Notes under the pieces: model-generated
The model's input: the letters and a program-made list of their open reading frames with translations, nothing else
Database searches by the model: none
What the model was told of the DNA's origin: nothing
In this document: in pieces, positions 10,919-21,823 of the stretch
Layout of the letters: each line of letters opens with the position of its first letter
Position numbering within the stretch: the stretch's first letter is position 1
NCBI GenBank assembly: GCA_948466315.1
Contig: CAOJZZ010000004.1
Location: 1-56,591, forward strand
Direction of reading: 5' to 3'
Length of the DNA stretch: 56,591 bases
Origin: an uncultured Mycoplasmatota bacterium
Lineage (GTDB): Bacteria; Bacillota_I; Bacilli_A; RF39; UBA660
Translations under genes and position numbers: made by a program

Positions 10919-12013
10919 ATGAGTGGTGTTTCAAAAAAATTTAAAAAAGACTTAGAAGAATCTATAAAAAAATCGTCAAAAGTATTTATAACAGGTCATA
11001 ATGGACCAGATTATGATTGTTTAGGATCTGCTCTTGGTCTATCTGTCTTATCTAGAAGATTTGATAAAAAGCATGCTATAGTCGTTGATGAGAATGATTT
11101 AGAAATAGACCCAACTATGAAAAAAATTTTAGATGAAAATAAAAGAAAGTATCATATTATAAATTTAGAGCAACTAAGAAGAAAAGTAGATGAAAATTCA
11201 TTATTAATCTTATCAGATGTTAATAAGGGCTATTTAACTCCTGTAGTAAAAGACTTGGATAGGTTTAAAAGAAAAATTATCATTGACCATCATGAACCAG
11301 ATAAAAATACTATTACTTCATCTGCAAGTTATATTGATCCTAGTATTTCTAGTGCTAGTGAGATTGTTACTCAAATACTAAATTGCTCTAAAACAAAATA
11401 TAGTAGTGAAATAGCTAATTATCTTTTAGCAGGTATTATTTTAGATACCAAGAGATTTGTAAAAAATACAACTCATTTCACCCTAGATATTGCTGAAAAA
11501 TTAATGCGTAATGGGGCAGATTCTGATTATGTAAACAGTTTATTTTTAACAGACTTCGCTGATGATGGTATTAGTGAATTATTAATTCATGAACCAGGAA
11601 ATACTATAGCTCAAGAATATCATCAACCACATTTATTTATTACCAGAAACGTAACATTTACAATTAATAGGATAAACCCAAATATGGTTTATCGTAAGGT
11701 AGAACTGGCTAGGGCAGCTGATAAAATGTTAAAATATAGCTTAGTTGATGCAAGTTTTGTCTTTGGAAGGTTGGCAGATGATAGCATAGCCATTTGTGCT
11801 AGAAGTAAAAGTGATGTTGATGTAGGGCATATTATGGGAATGTTAGAAAACGGTGGTGGTAATCCTGAAAATGCTGGTGGAATAGTTACTGACAAGGATA
11901 TTTTCGAAGTAGAACAAATGCTAATGAATTATACTAGTTTAGGGTTACCATCAGAAGTATCAAAAGAATTAGTAAAAGTCAAAGAAATAGGAACAAATAA
12001 AAGAAAAAGATAG
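10919..12013 (+). CDS. DHH/DHHA1 phosphoesterase (GdpP catalytic-domain/NrnA-like)
   Basis: GH..PDYD.LGS, IIDHH, GIILDT, ARS...GGG. Confidence 0.85.
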   Translation: MSGVSKKFKKDLEESIKKSSKVFITGHNGPDYDCLGSALGLSVLSRRFDKKHAIVVDENDLEIDPTMKKILDENKRKYHIINLEQLRRKVDENSLLILSDVNKGYLTPVVKDLDRFKRKIIIDHHEPDKNTITSSASYIDPSISSASEIVTQILNCSKTKYSSEIANYLLAGIILDTKRFVKNTTHFTLDIAEKLMRNGADSDYVNSLFLTDFADDGISELLIHEPGNTIAQEYHQPHLFITRNVTFTINRINPNMVYRKVELARAADKMLKYSLVDASFVFGRLADDSIAICARSKSDVDVGHIMGMLENGGGNPENAGGIVTDKDIFEVEQMLMNYTSLGLPSEVSKELVKVKEIGTNKRKR

Positions 12014-12056
12014 GATTTTTCTTTTTTTTTCGAATAATTAAATAGGAGGTGATAAT

Positions 12057-12746
12057 ATAACTTTTCAATATCGTTATAGAAAACAAATATTAATAGGAAT
12101 ATTATTAGTAATTGCAACTATAGTAAGTTGTTTTATAGTTATTTTAAATATCAAAGAAAATAAAAATCAACCTTCAAAAAATGAAGTCCTAATAGCAAAA
12201 AAACAACCCAAAAAAAATATAACGAAAACAGAAGAAAAAACTTATTATAAAGTTGATATCAAAGGAGAAATTATCAATCCTGGTATTTATTCTCTAAAAT
12301 CTAATTCTAGAGTGATTGATGTTATTGAAAAGGCTGGTGGACTAACTGATAAAGCTAATACTACTGTCCTTAATCTAAGTAAAAAAATAATTGATGAAAT
12401 GGTTATTATTGTATATAGTAACCAAGAAGTAAAAGACTTTGAAAAGACAAAAGAAAAAGAAAACCTGCTCCAAAGCAAATGCCAACAAAAAGATGAAAAC
12501 TCTCTAAAAAATGATGCTTGCGTAACAAATGATAATTCTACTAAAAAAACTGATACCAAAATTTCTCTAAATAAGGCCAGTCTAGAAGAGTTAATGACTT
12601 TACCAGGAATAGGGGAGGTAAAAGCTAAAGAAATAATTAACTATCGTACAGAAAAAGGTGAATTTAAATCCTTCGAAGAACTATTACAAATATCTGGTAT
12701 AGGTGAAAGTACTCTTGAAAAGATTAAAGCTAATCTTACACTCTAA
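12057..12746 (+). CDS. comEA: Competence DNA receptor ComEA; full frame starts at non-canonical ATA 12057
   Basis: Frame is open 85 codons upstream of the track ORF: N-terminal TM, VDIKGEI.NPG.Y (SLBB), C-terminal HhH; SD AGGAGG at 12044-12049. Confidence 0.85.
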   Translation: MTFQYRYRKQILIGILLVIATIVSCFIVILNIKENKNQPSKNEVLIAKKQPKKNITKTEEKTYYKVDIKGEIINPGIYSLKSNSRVIDVIEKAGGLTDKANTTVLNLSKKIIDEMVIIVYSNQEVKDFEKTKEKENLLQSKCQQKDENSLKNDACVTNDNSTKKTDTKISLNKASLEELMTLPGIGEVKAKEIINYRTEKGEFKSFEELLQISGIGESTLEKIKANLTL

Positions 12747-14772
12747 TTATACCTATTTTATCTTAATATTTATAGTATTATTAATTTCTCTAATACGAAT
12801 AACCCTTCCTAAAAAAAGTCACTTAATAAAAAATAATAAAACATTTACCGGTACTATAGTTAAATATAATATAGATGAGATGCGACTTTCTATGACTCTA
12901 AAAAACAAAGAAAAATTCCTTGCTAATTATTATTTTAAAAATGAAAAAGAGATGCAAAATTTTCAAAAAACTATAAAGTTAGGAGATTGCATTAAGGTAG
13001 TAGGGGAAACATCACTACCTAAACAAAATACTACTAAGAATATTTTTAATTATCAAAAATACCTGCAAAATAAAAATATCTTTTATATTATAAAAGTGGC
13101 TAAATATCAAAAAATATCTTCATCAAATAACATTTATTATAAAATAAAACAGAAATTATCTAAAAACTTAGAAAAAAACTATTATTTACAAACTCTTATT
13201 TTAGGAAACAAAGACATGATACCAGAAAAAGTAATGACTAGCTATCAAGAAAATGGTATTAGTCATATTTTAGCTATTAGCGGTATGCATATATCTATTC
13301 TTTCATATCTAATATTAAAAATAATGAAAATAATTATTCCGTCCACTAAAAAAAGTTATTTATTAACAATAGTATTATTACTATGCTACATTTCATTTGC
13401 TAATATTTCTCCTTCAATTATCAGGAGCAGTATATCTTTTATCTTGTTATCCTTTAATAAACTCTATAATCTAGAATTATCCCCCATTAAAATTTTTATC
13501 CTAGTAGTAGCACTAACTATATTAATAAATCCTTTCTTTATCTTTGATATAGGATTTTTATATTCATTTACTATAAGTTTAGCTTTGATTATAACTATTA
13601 CTAAAAAGAAAAACTATCTAAAAAACCTTCTAACAACTTCTGCCATAGCCTTTTATATTAGCATTCCCATTTCTCTTTATTATTTTTATCAAATAAACTT
13701 ATTAAGCATTATCTACAATCTTTTTTATATCCCCTTAATAAGTATTATTATTTATCCACTATCTATTATAGTCCTATTATGCCCTTATTTATTACCACTA
13801 TATAACTTCTTTACTAATATTTTAGAAATTACTTCTATTTTTCTAGATAAAATAACATTAGGTAAATTGATATTTATAAAATTACCATTTTACATTTATT
13901 TACTTGAATTTTTACTTATTCTATATAGTCTAATATGTAAAAATAAATATTTACATAAAAAGGTTTATTTATTTACCATACTAATATTACTACTACATTA
14001 TTTTTATCCCTTCTATCATCAAGAAGATTATTTAAAAGTAATTGATGTAGGACAGGGGGATTCTCTTCTTCTTCATTCAAAAACTGAAAGTATTTTAATT
14101 GATACTGGAGGAGTAGCGACTGCTAAAAAACAAAGTATTGTAACAAAAACCACTATTCCTCTTCTAAAAAGTTTAGGAATTAAGAAATTAAAATATTTAA
14201 TATTAACACATAATGATTTTGATCATATGGGAGAAGCTAAAAGTTTACTAACTAATTTCAAGGTAGAGGAAGTGCTAATTAATCAAGGTCCAATAAATAA
14301 ATTAGAAAGTGCTTTAATAAAAGAAGGTTACTTAATAAGAAAAATAAAACAAGATGAACATTTGACCTGTGGTAATATAGATTTAATACAATTAAATAAA
14401 AATATGTCAAACGAGAATGATAGTAGTCAAATATACTATGTTAAATATCAAAATATTAGTGCTTTATTAATGGGCGATGCTTCTATAAAAAGCGAAAAAG
14501 AATTATTAAAAACATACGATTTTCATCATATAAATATTTTAAAAATAGGGCATCATGGTTCAAATAGCTCGACAAGTAATGAACTATTAGCAAAAATAAA
14601 TCCCAATCTAGCCTTAATCTCAGTAGGTAAAGATAACATCTATAATCATCCCCATCAAGAGGTACTAGAAAAATTAAAAAGATATGAGATACCATACTAT
14701 CTAACTAGTGAATCAGGAACAATAACCATAGATTTAGATAGTAAAATAATAACAGAAGATAACATTGATTAG
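12703..14772 (+). CDS. comEC: Competence protein ComEC/Rec2
   Basis: GISHILAISGMH, DVGQGD, THNDFDH, GHHGS. Confidence 0.95.
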   Translation: MKVLLKRLKLILHSNYTYFILIFIVLLISLIRITLPKKSHLIKNNKTFTGTIVKYNIDEMRLSMTLKNKEKFLANYYFKNEKEMQNFQKTIKLGDCIKVVGETSLPKQNTTKNIFNYQKYLQNKNIFYIIKVAKYQKISSSNNIYYKIKQKLSKNLEKNYYLQTLILGNKDMIPEKVMTSYQENGISHILAISGMHISILSYLILKIMKIIIPSTKKSYLLTIVLLLCYISFANISPSIIRSSISFILLSFNKLYNLELSPIKIFILVVALTILINPFFIFDIGFLYSFTISLALIITITKKKNYLKNLLTTSAIAFYISIPISLYYFYQINLLSIIYNLFYIPLISIIIYPLSIIVLLCPYLLPLYNFFTNILEITSIFLDKITLGKLIFIKLPFYIYLLEFLLILYSLICKNKYLHKKVYLFTILILLLHYFYPFYHQEDYLKVIDVGQGDSLLLHSKTESILIDTGGVATAKKQSIVTKTTIPLLKSLGIKKLKYLILTHNDFDHMGEAKSLLTNFKVEEVLINQGPINKLESALIKEGYLIRKIKQDEHLTCGNIDLIQLNKNMSNENDSSQIYYVKYQNISALLMGDASIKSEKELLKTYDFHHINILKIGHHGSNSSTSNELLAKINPNLALISVGKDNIYNHPHQEVLEKLKRYEIPYYLTSESGTITIDLDSKIITEDNID

Positions 14773-14836
14773 AAAATTTAAATATAGACTTTTTAAATTA
14801 TTTTAGTTAAAATAATTAATAAGAGGTGGTACTAAG

Positions 14837-15742
14837 ATGAAAAAAGTAGAAAATATTATTAACAAATTAGATACCACAGCCTTAACTCATTCATTTCAGG
14901 ATGCTTGTAGCAACAAAGAATTCAAAAAATACATATATAACTTAGATATAAAAGAAGAAATATTAATGAAATATACCTCTAGTTTAGAAGATACTTTTGT
15001 AGAATATAAAAACTGTGCTAAATGTCACACGCTACAAAATTGTCCTAATAAGTTACCAGGTTATCAATACACACCAATAAAAGAAAAAAATATGATTACA
15101 TTTTCTTACTTTGCTTGCAAAAAAAAGCAGGTAGATTTAGAACAAAACGCTTATAAGGATAACTTAGAACTCTTTGATATGCCTAAAGAAATAGCTTTAG
15201 CCTCATTTAAAAATTTATACAAAGATGATAAAGCACGACTACCTATTATCAAATATTTTAAAGAATTCATTGATACTTATCATCAAGAAGAAAAGCCTAA
15301 AGGTATATATTTAACAGGCTCATTCGGTTCTGGAAAAACCTATTTAATAGCAGCATTATTTAATGAAATGGCTAAAAAAGGTGTAAGAAGTATTTTGATT
15401 TACTATCCAGAATTTTTAAGGAGCTTAAAGGCTTCCTTTAACACTAACTATATGGAAAAATTTAACTATGTTAAAAAAATTCCTCTATTATTATTAGATG
15501 ATATAGGTGCTGAAAACTGTAGTAATTGGGCCCGTGATGAAATACTTGGTCCCCTCCTACAGTACCGCATGGAAAGTCATTTACCAACGTTTTTCACTTC
15601 CAATCTAACTCTAGATGAATTAGAAAAATCTCTTGCCCTTACTACATCAGGAGTAGATAAAGTAAAAGCAAGAAGAATTATTGAAAGAATAAAACAACTT
15701 ACAATAACGTTGGAACTAATAAGTAAAAATAGAAGGGATTAA
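14837..15742 (+). CDS. dnaI: Primosomal helicase loader DnaI
   Basis: N-terminal Cys zinc motif, GSFGSGKT, LLDDIGAE, ARRIIERI. Confidence 0.93.
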   Translation: MKKVENIINKLDTTALTHSFQDACSNKEFKKYIYNLDIKEEILMKYTSSLEDTFVEYKNCAKCHTLQNCPNKLPGYQYTPIKEKNMITFSYFACKKKQVDLEQNAYKDNLELFDMPKEIALASFKNLYKDDKARLPIIKYFKEFIDTYHQEEKPKGIYLTGSFGSGKTYLIAALFNEMAKKGVRSILIYYPEFLRSLKASFNTNYMEKFNYVKKIPLLLLDDIGAENCSNWARDEILGPLLQYRMESHLPTFFTSNLTLDELEKSLALTTSGVDKVKARRIIERIKQLTITLELISKNRRD

Positions 15743-15747
15743 ATATT

Positions 15748-17619
15748 ATGAAGAATATTGAGAAACTATTATATAAGAGTATATATATAACAAAAGAAAC
15801 TTTGCCTATGGAAACCTTTTTATCCTATGCCAAAACAGATAGTAATAATGTGCTCAATATTCTTTTTACTCTCTTAACTAAATATTTAGAAGAAAATAAG
15901 AATGAATTAGATCCAAAATATATTAACAAAACAAATTACTATATTGAATTACTCACTAATAATGAAGAAATTGATATTAAATATTTAAAAAGGAAACTAG
16001 TAAAATTAATAGAAAAAATTTCTCTTCTAAAAGGTCAAAAACCAAGTAATAGTATGGACATATTAGAAACATTAGAAAAGCAAAGTGAAAAACTTTATCA
16101 AAAATTAGAAGATAAACAAAATTCGCCTTATGAATTTGTGCAATATTTAATAGAAAACTTAAAAGACTTTTCTTCTGTTGCATATATTTTCCAAAAAACA
16201 CCAAGGCTAATTGAAATTAAGGATCAACGAGGTGTTCCTTTATATAAAAATATAATAAACAAGTATATTAATAGTATAGAATTAGATGATGAAACAGAAA
16301 TACTATATTATACTAACCTAATACTTTTACTATTAACTCTTAAACCCTTTGTTAGTGATGAAACTAAAAGAAGAGAAGTCTTAGAAGAGATTAAGCAAAA
16401 AATAAAAATATTAACAAAAGATGCTGTTGCTAATAATAAAAAAATTAATAGTTTAAATACTGTAAAAAATGTAATTGAAGAAAGTAATCAAAAACAGGAC
16501 TCACTAAATTTAGCTACAAAATATAATATAAAAATACCATTTTCAGAACGACTAGCAAAAGAAATATCTTTTGTAGATAGTAAAGAACCTACTAATTATT
16601 GTAAACGACATACTATAAATGATACTATAATTACAATAGATAGTAAAAATACAGTAGAAATTGATGATGGATTATCATGCAAAAAATTAGATAATGGCAA
16701 TTACTTATTAGGGGTTCATATAGCTTCAGTACTAGGATATCTTTCCTACGATTCCTTTATAATAGATGAAGCTATAAAAAGAGGTAGAACTATATATCTA
16801 ATTAAAAAACAAGCGAAAGAAAAAATGAGTTCTAATGTAATTCTTATGTTACCTGAACAATTTTCCTGTAGTACAGCCTCTCTTAGAGAAGATAAACCTA
16901 AATTAACAAGAAGTTACTATTTTGAAATTACCAAAAATGGTGAAATAGTTGCCCAGCAATTCTTAAAATCTGTTATTACAATGACTAAAAATATGACTTA
17001 TAATGATATTGATCATGTATTAAAATATGGTTCAAAAAATAAAGAGATACAAGAGCTTATACTTAATCTCCAAGCTGTAACAGAAAGCCTTAGTACTAGA
17101 TATAAAAAAAGTTCTAAGAAAAAAGAAAAATCAACTGACTCACAAGAAATAGTTAATATAGCTATGACTTTAACAGGTAATAGAGTAGCCACCTTTTTTG
17201 CTAACTCAGGCTATCCTTGCGTTTATAGAGTTCAAAAGAAAAAGGATTCTCAAATTAAGGATATAAAACAACATATTAACTCAATAACAACTAGCAATAA
17301 CTTATGGAACAAAGAATTAAAAAGTATATACTATTCAATAGATAATATGCCATCTCAAGGATATTATGCCCTATCAGGAAAACATGAAGAATTAGGATTA
17401 GAACATTATTGTCATTGTACTTGTAATTTAAGAAGAGCAGCCGATATAATATTAGAACACGCCTTAGAAGTATGCTTTGACCAAGTACCAACTTATAAAG
17501 ATATTTATGCTCTAGAAACTGAGTTAACAAAACGAACAAAAGAAATTAATGCTAAAGAAAGATCGATTAATTTATTTGAACAAGAATATCAAAAAACATA
17601 TACTAAAAAAAGAAATTGA
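15748..17619 (+). CDS. RNB-domain (RNase II/R-like) protein with unrelated N-terminal half
   Basis: ITIDSKNTVEIDDG, LGVHIA, RG.TIY, H..LGLEHYCH.T..LRR..D. Confidence 0.75.
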   Translation: MKNIEKLLYKSIYITKETLPMETFLSYAKTDSNNVLNILFTLLTKYLEENKNELDPKYINKTNYYIELLTNNEEIDIKYLKRKLVKLIEKISLLKGQKPSNSMDILETLEKQSEKLYQKLEDKQNSPYEFVQYLIENLKDFSSVAYIFQKTPRLIEIKDQRGVPLYKNIINKYINSIELDDETEILYYTNLILLLLTLKPFVSDETKRREVLEEIKQKIKILTKDAVANNKKINSLNTVKNVIEESNQKQDSLNLATKYNIKIPFSERLAKEISFVDSKEPTNYCKRHTINDTIITIDSKNTVEIDDGLSCKKLDNGNYLLGVHIASVLGYLSYDSFIIDEAIKRGRTIYLIKKQAKEKMSSNVILMLPEQFSCSTASLREDKPKLTRSYYFEITKNGEIVAQQFLKSVITMTKNMTYNDIDHVLKYGSKNKEIQELILNLQAVTESLSTRYKKSSKKKEKSTDSQEIVNIAMTLTGNRVATFFANSGYPCVYRVQKKKDSQIKDIKQHINSITTSNNLWNKELKSIYYSIDNMPSQGYYALSGKHEELGLEHYCHCTCNLRRAADIILEHALEVCFDQVPTYKDIYALETELTKRTKEINAKERSINLFEQEYQKTYTKKRN

Positions 17620-17721
17620 TAAGACCACATAATACTACAAAATAATTGTTTGAGTTAGTGTAAAATTTGACAATAATTATAAATTATAGTATAATAGCAA
17701 CCAAATTTAGGGGTGGTATGT

Positions 17722-18498
17722 ATGAAAGAAGTGGATACGTCGATTATTAAAAATAAATGTATTATATCTATATCTTTGCTTTTTTTAGTAGCTGCTGTAA
17801 CTTTATTTGTAACAGAAAATATCAAAAAACAAATACCTTATGAAATAGCTTATGAATATGTAAATATTAAAGATATGGCAACTGCTAAAGTAGCAACAAA
17901 AAAAGATGATACCAATATTTTAACAACTTTAACAACAAAAAAGAGAACCACACCAATACCTGTTGAACAGATAGAACTTCCAGTAAGAAATAATACACTG
18001 CCTACCTTAGAATCACCTAAACCAATTTGGTATTTACCAGTAGAAAATGGTGTAATAACTCAATACCCAAGTTATTCCCACGCAGCTTTAGATATCACTA
18101 GTTATAGAGGTAGCGATGAGGTGATTCATCCTGTTGCTAATGGTACTATATCGGGAATCTATACTGATGGAGCAGGGGCTAAAATAGTTACTATTCATCA
18201 TTTGATAGATGGAGTAAATTATACCTCACAATACGTTCACTTATCATCATATGCACCTGATATATATGTAGGAAAACCTGTTACTATTAATGATAGTATT
18301 GGTCAAATGGGAACTACTGGTTACTCAACAGGAATTCATCTTCACATAGCAGTTTTAGATTGTACTCTATTTGATCCTAATGATAATAAATGTTCAAATT
18401 TAGGAGGCTTTTTCCGTTATGCCAGTGAAAGATATAGTCAAGGATTCTATGGGCTTGGTTCTTTAATGAATGTCCCTTACTCTTGGAATAGTAGATAA
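17722..18498 (+). CDS. M23 family peptidase, membrane anchored
   Basis: HAALD, YVHL, MGTTGYSTGIHLH. Confidence 0.9.
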   Translation: MKEVDTSIIKNKCIISISLLFLVAAVTLFVTENIKKQIPYEIAYEYVNIKDMATAKVATKKDDTNILTTLTTKKRTTPIPVEQIELPVRNNTLPTLESPKPIWYLPVENGVITQYPSYSHAALDITSYRGSDEVIHPVANGTISGIYTDGAGAKIVTIHHLIDGVNYTSQYVHLSSYAPDIYVGKPVTINDSIGQMGTTGYSTGIHLHIAVLDCTLFDPNDNKCSNLGGFFRYASERYSQGFYGLGSLMNVPYSWNSR

Positions 18499-18619
18499 TT
18501 TAAGTTTCGGTAAAATTTTTAATTGTAATAATAGTTAAAAAAGCTTATGATAAAAAAACACCTAAACTTAAGCTTTTTATACTGTATTATAAATAAAACA
18601 ATATTTTAAGGAAGATACA

Positions 18620-19246
18620 ATGGAAAAATTTATAAGAAAAATACAACTACATAATATTGAAAAATACCAAACACCTTGTCTAATTACAATGACAGGAAAA
18701 AGTGGCTCTGGAAAAACTTTACTTGCTCAACAATTATCAAGGAAATTAAAAATATTTTTATTAAGTAATGACTATATTAGAACATATTTTTTCGAAGAAC
18801 AGAAAATGACTAGAAGTCAAATAGAAAAAGAGGTTCTAAGAATCAATACAGAAAGGCTATTAAAATTAATAATTAGTCACAATTCTTTTGTATTAGACAG
18901 AGACTTCAATCAGAAAAAAGAGTTGGTACTCTCAAATAAATTTGCTAAAATATGTGGGTACATACCAATTCATATAAAAATCAATTCTTATGATATAGCT
19001 AATATCAAAAGAATACAAAATAGAAAATTAAACCACTCACAAAGAGATTTAACAATTATAGGAGATAATACCTCATATTCTAGTCCGTTTTCAGAAGCAG
19101 ATTATAAAAAAATCAATATAAGTAAACCAAGAATGGAACAAGACTTTTCATTTGATTACGTATTAGACAATTATGGACCAGAAGAAAAGTTTATAGAAGA
19201 AAGTACAAATATAATACACAGTATAAAGAAAAAATTAATAAAATAA
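18620..19246 (+). CDS. P-loop kinase/AAA_33-like protein
   Basis: Walker A GKSGSGKT, LS.DYIR. Confidence 0.7.
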   Translation: MEKFIRKIQLHNIEKYQTPCLITMTGKSGSGKTLLAQQLSRKLKIFLLSNDYIRTYFFEEQKMTRSQIEKEVLRINTERLLKLIISHNSFVLDRDFNQKKELVLSNKFAKICGYIPIHIKINSYDIANIKRIQNRKLNHSQRDLTIIGDNTSYSSPFSEADYKKINISKPRMEQDFSFDYVLDNYGPEEKFIEESTNIIHSIKKKLIK

Positions 19247-19421
19247 GAGATATACTCAAACAATGAATTTAATAAATAAATCATAATAATACCTTATTTA
19301 AAATTAAGAGGAAAACTCAGATTATATTAATATTATTAAGTAATAGTAAAATTTTGACCAAGTTCAAAAACAGTTGTCAAATATAAAAAATAATGATATA
19401 TTAAATACGTGCAAAAAATAC

Positions 19422-19620
19422 AATGACAAAGGATATGATAAGTTATCTAAATTCTAAAGAGAATTCGTGGTTGGTGTAAACGAATGAATATTTAACTTAT
19501 TACTCCCTTTAGAGTAGATTTATAAAAAGTAAATCCGGGCTACCCGTTATCTAAATTAAGTAAAACCAAGGATGGTACCGTGTAATTCACTCCTACTGTA
19601 AAATATAGTAGGAGTTTTAT
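19422..19620 (+). ncRNA. T-box riboswitch leader (Thr)
   Basis: AGAGA and GGTG.AA boxes, candidate ACT specifier, T-box AAGGATGGTACCGTG, terminator ACTCCTAC...GTAGGAGTTTT; lies upstream of thrS. Confidence 0.88.
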
Positions 19621-19680
19621 TGTGGGAAATTACTATAAGTATTTAATTAAATATAAAAATAAAACAAAGGAGAAGATATT

Positions 19681-21438
19681 ATGATAAATATAAAAGAAAA
19701 TGAAAAATTAAGTATAATGAATCACTCTTGTGCTCATCTTTTAGCACAAGCTGTAAAACATTTATATCAAAATGCTATGTTTTGGGTAGGACCTGTTATC
19801 GAAGAAGGGTTCTATTATGATATAGACTTAGGTGACAAAACAATAACAGAAGAAGACTTAATCAAGATAGAAAAAGAGATGAAAAAAATTGCCAAAGATG
19901 GCAAAAAAATCATTCGCCACGAAATTTCTAAAAAAGAAGCTAAAGAGATGTTTCAAAATGATCCTTATAAAATAGATTTAATAGAAAGAATGGATGAAAA
20001 TGATACCACAATAAGTTGCTATTCACAAGGTGACTTTACCGATCTTTGTCGTGGACCACATGTAAACTCAGTAAAAGAACTTAAATATTTTAAATTATTA
20101 AAAGTAAGTGGTGCTTATTGGAAGGGAGACTCTAAAAATAAGATGCTTCAACGCATCTATGGAATTTGTTTTGAAAACGAAAAAGATTTAGAAGAACATC
20201 TTCAACTATTAGAAGAAGCCAAAATGAGAGATCATCGTAAACTTGGTAAAGATCTTGGTATCTTTATGTTTGCTGACCTAGTAGGAAAAGGTTTGCCTAT
20301 GTGGCTACCTAATGGTTTCATAGTAAGACGTACTCTAATTGACTATATTACTGATAAAGAAATTAGTCTAGGTTATGAGCATGTTATGACACCATCTCTA
20401 GGTAATGTAGATTTATATAAAACATCAGGACATTGGGATCATTATAAAGAAGATATGTTTCCAGCTATGGAGTTAGATGATGAGGCCTATGTCTTAAGAC
20501 CGATGAATTGTCCTCACCATATGATGATATTTAGAAATAATATTCACTCTTATCGTGATTTACCAATTAGAATAGCTGAGATTGCTAATGATTTTCGTTA
20601 TGAAGCAAGTGGGGCAGTTTGTGGTATAGAAAGAACAAGAGCTTTTACTCAAAACGATTCTCATATCTTTTGTCGACCTGATCAAATAAAAGAAGAATTT
20701 AAAGCAGTTATTAACCTAATATTAGATGTTTATAAAGACTTTGGCTTTAAAGATTATAGTTTTAGACTTTCCTTAAGAGATAAAAATGATAGTGAAAAAT
20801 ATTTTGGAAATGATGAATTATGGGAAAAATCAGAACACGAATTACGTGAAGTTTTAAAAGAGTTAAAAGTTGATTATTATGAAGCAGAAGGTGAAGCAGC
20901 CTTCTACGGACCAAAATTAGATGTTCAGATTAAAAGCGCTATTGGTCATGATGTAACTCTATCAACTGTTCAACTAGATTATCAATTACCTGAAAGATTT
21001 GAATTAACTTATATTAACGAAGATGGAGAAAAAACACGTCCAGTAGTAATTCATCGAGCAATACTAGGTTCACTAGATCGTTTTATTGCCTTTTTATTAG
21101 AAGAAACAAAAGGAATACTACCAACATGGCTTGCTCCAGTTCAAGTTAAAACTATTCCAGTAAATGCTGAATTCCAAAGTGATTATGGAAAAGAGATAAC
21201 TAATTACTTAAAAGAAAATGGTATTCGTGTAGAATTAGATGATAGAAATGAAAAATTAGGCTATCGCCTAAGAGAAGCTCAAACAGCTAAAATTCCTTAT
21301 ATTTTAATTTTAGGAGATAAAGAAAAAGAAGAGTCAACAATAAGTTATCGTCTTCATGGTCAAAAAGATACTACAACGCTTCCTAAAGAAGAATTCTTAG
21401 AATTATTAAAAAAGGAAATAAATTTAAAAAATAGATAG
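19681..21438 (+). CDS. thrS: Threonine--tRNA ligase
   Basis: [35 protein letters not shown]. Confidence 0.98.
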   Translation: MINIKENEKLSIMNHSCAHLLAQAVKHLYQNAMFWVGPVIEEGFYYDIDLGDKTITEEDLIKIEKEMKKIAKDGKKIIRHEISKKEAKEMFQNDPYKIDLIERMDENDTTISCYSQGDFTDLCRGPHVNSVKELKYFKLLKVSGAYWKGDSKNKMLQRIYGICFENEKDLEEHLQLLEEAKMRDHRKLGKDLGIFMFADLVGKGLPMWLPNGFIVRRTLIDYITDKEISLGYEHVMTPSLGNVDLYKTSGHWDHYKEDMFPAMELDDEAYVLRPMNCPHHMMIFRNNIHSYRDLPIRIAEIANDFRYEASGAVCGIERTRAFTQNDSHIFCRPDQIKEEFKAVINLILDVYKDFGFKDYSFRLSLRDKNDSEKYFGNDELWEKSEHELREVLKELKVDYYEAEGEAAFYGPKLDVQIKSAIGHDVTLSTVQLDYQLPERFELTYINEDGEKTRPVVIHRAILGSLDRFIAFLLEETKGILPTWLAPVQVKTIPVNAEFQSDYGKEITNYLKENGIRVELDDRNEKLGYRLREAQTAKIPYILILGDKEKEESTISYRLHGQKDTTTLPKEEFLELLKKEINLKNR

Positions 21439-21823
21439 ATTATAAAATTAAAATTTTATAAGAAAATAATAGTATATATATCATAATAGAGTGGTATATA
21501 TACTTTTTGTTTTTCTATAAATAGTACATTGAGATAGTTAAAAATCTATATTATTAAAAAATATTCATTTAATAGTCAAATTTTAGTCTTAGTAAAAATT
21601 ATACAGTTATAAATATAGTTGAAATTAATAAATCATAATAAATGTAAAAACCAGTCAATATATTAGTCAAAACATTATAAACTATAAAATTAAAATGTAA
21701 AAATATAATAAATCATAAAGTAGATACCTTTGTGATTTTTATTTTTTCAAATTGATTTAATAATAATTATTTTGTATTAGGTTCTATATAAAATAACCAT
21801 ATTTATAAAAGAGGAATGATTTA

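Noticed and set aside
21723-21732. GATACCTTTG shared by the cassette palindromes (21723, 36698) and attL2 (46167)
   Set aside because: Only a 10-mer with no partner arm or crossover context; chance cannot be excluded
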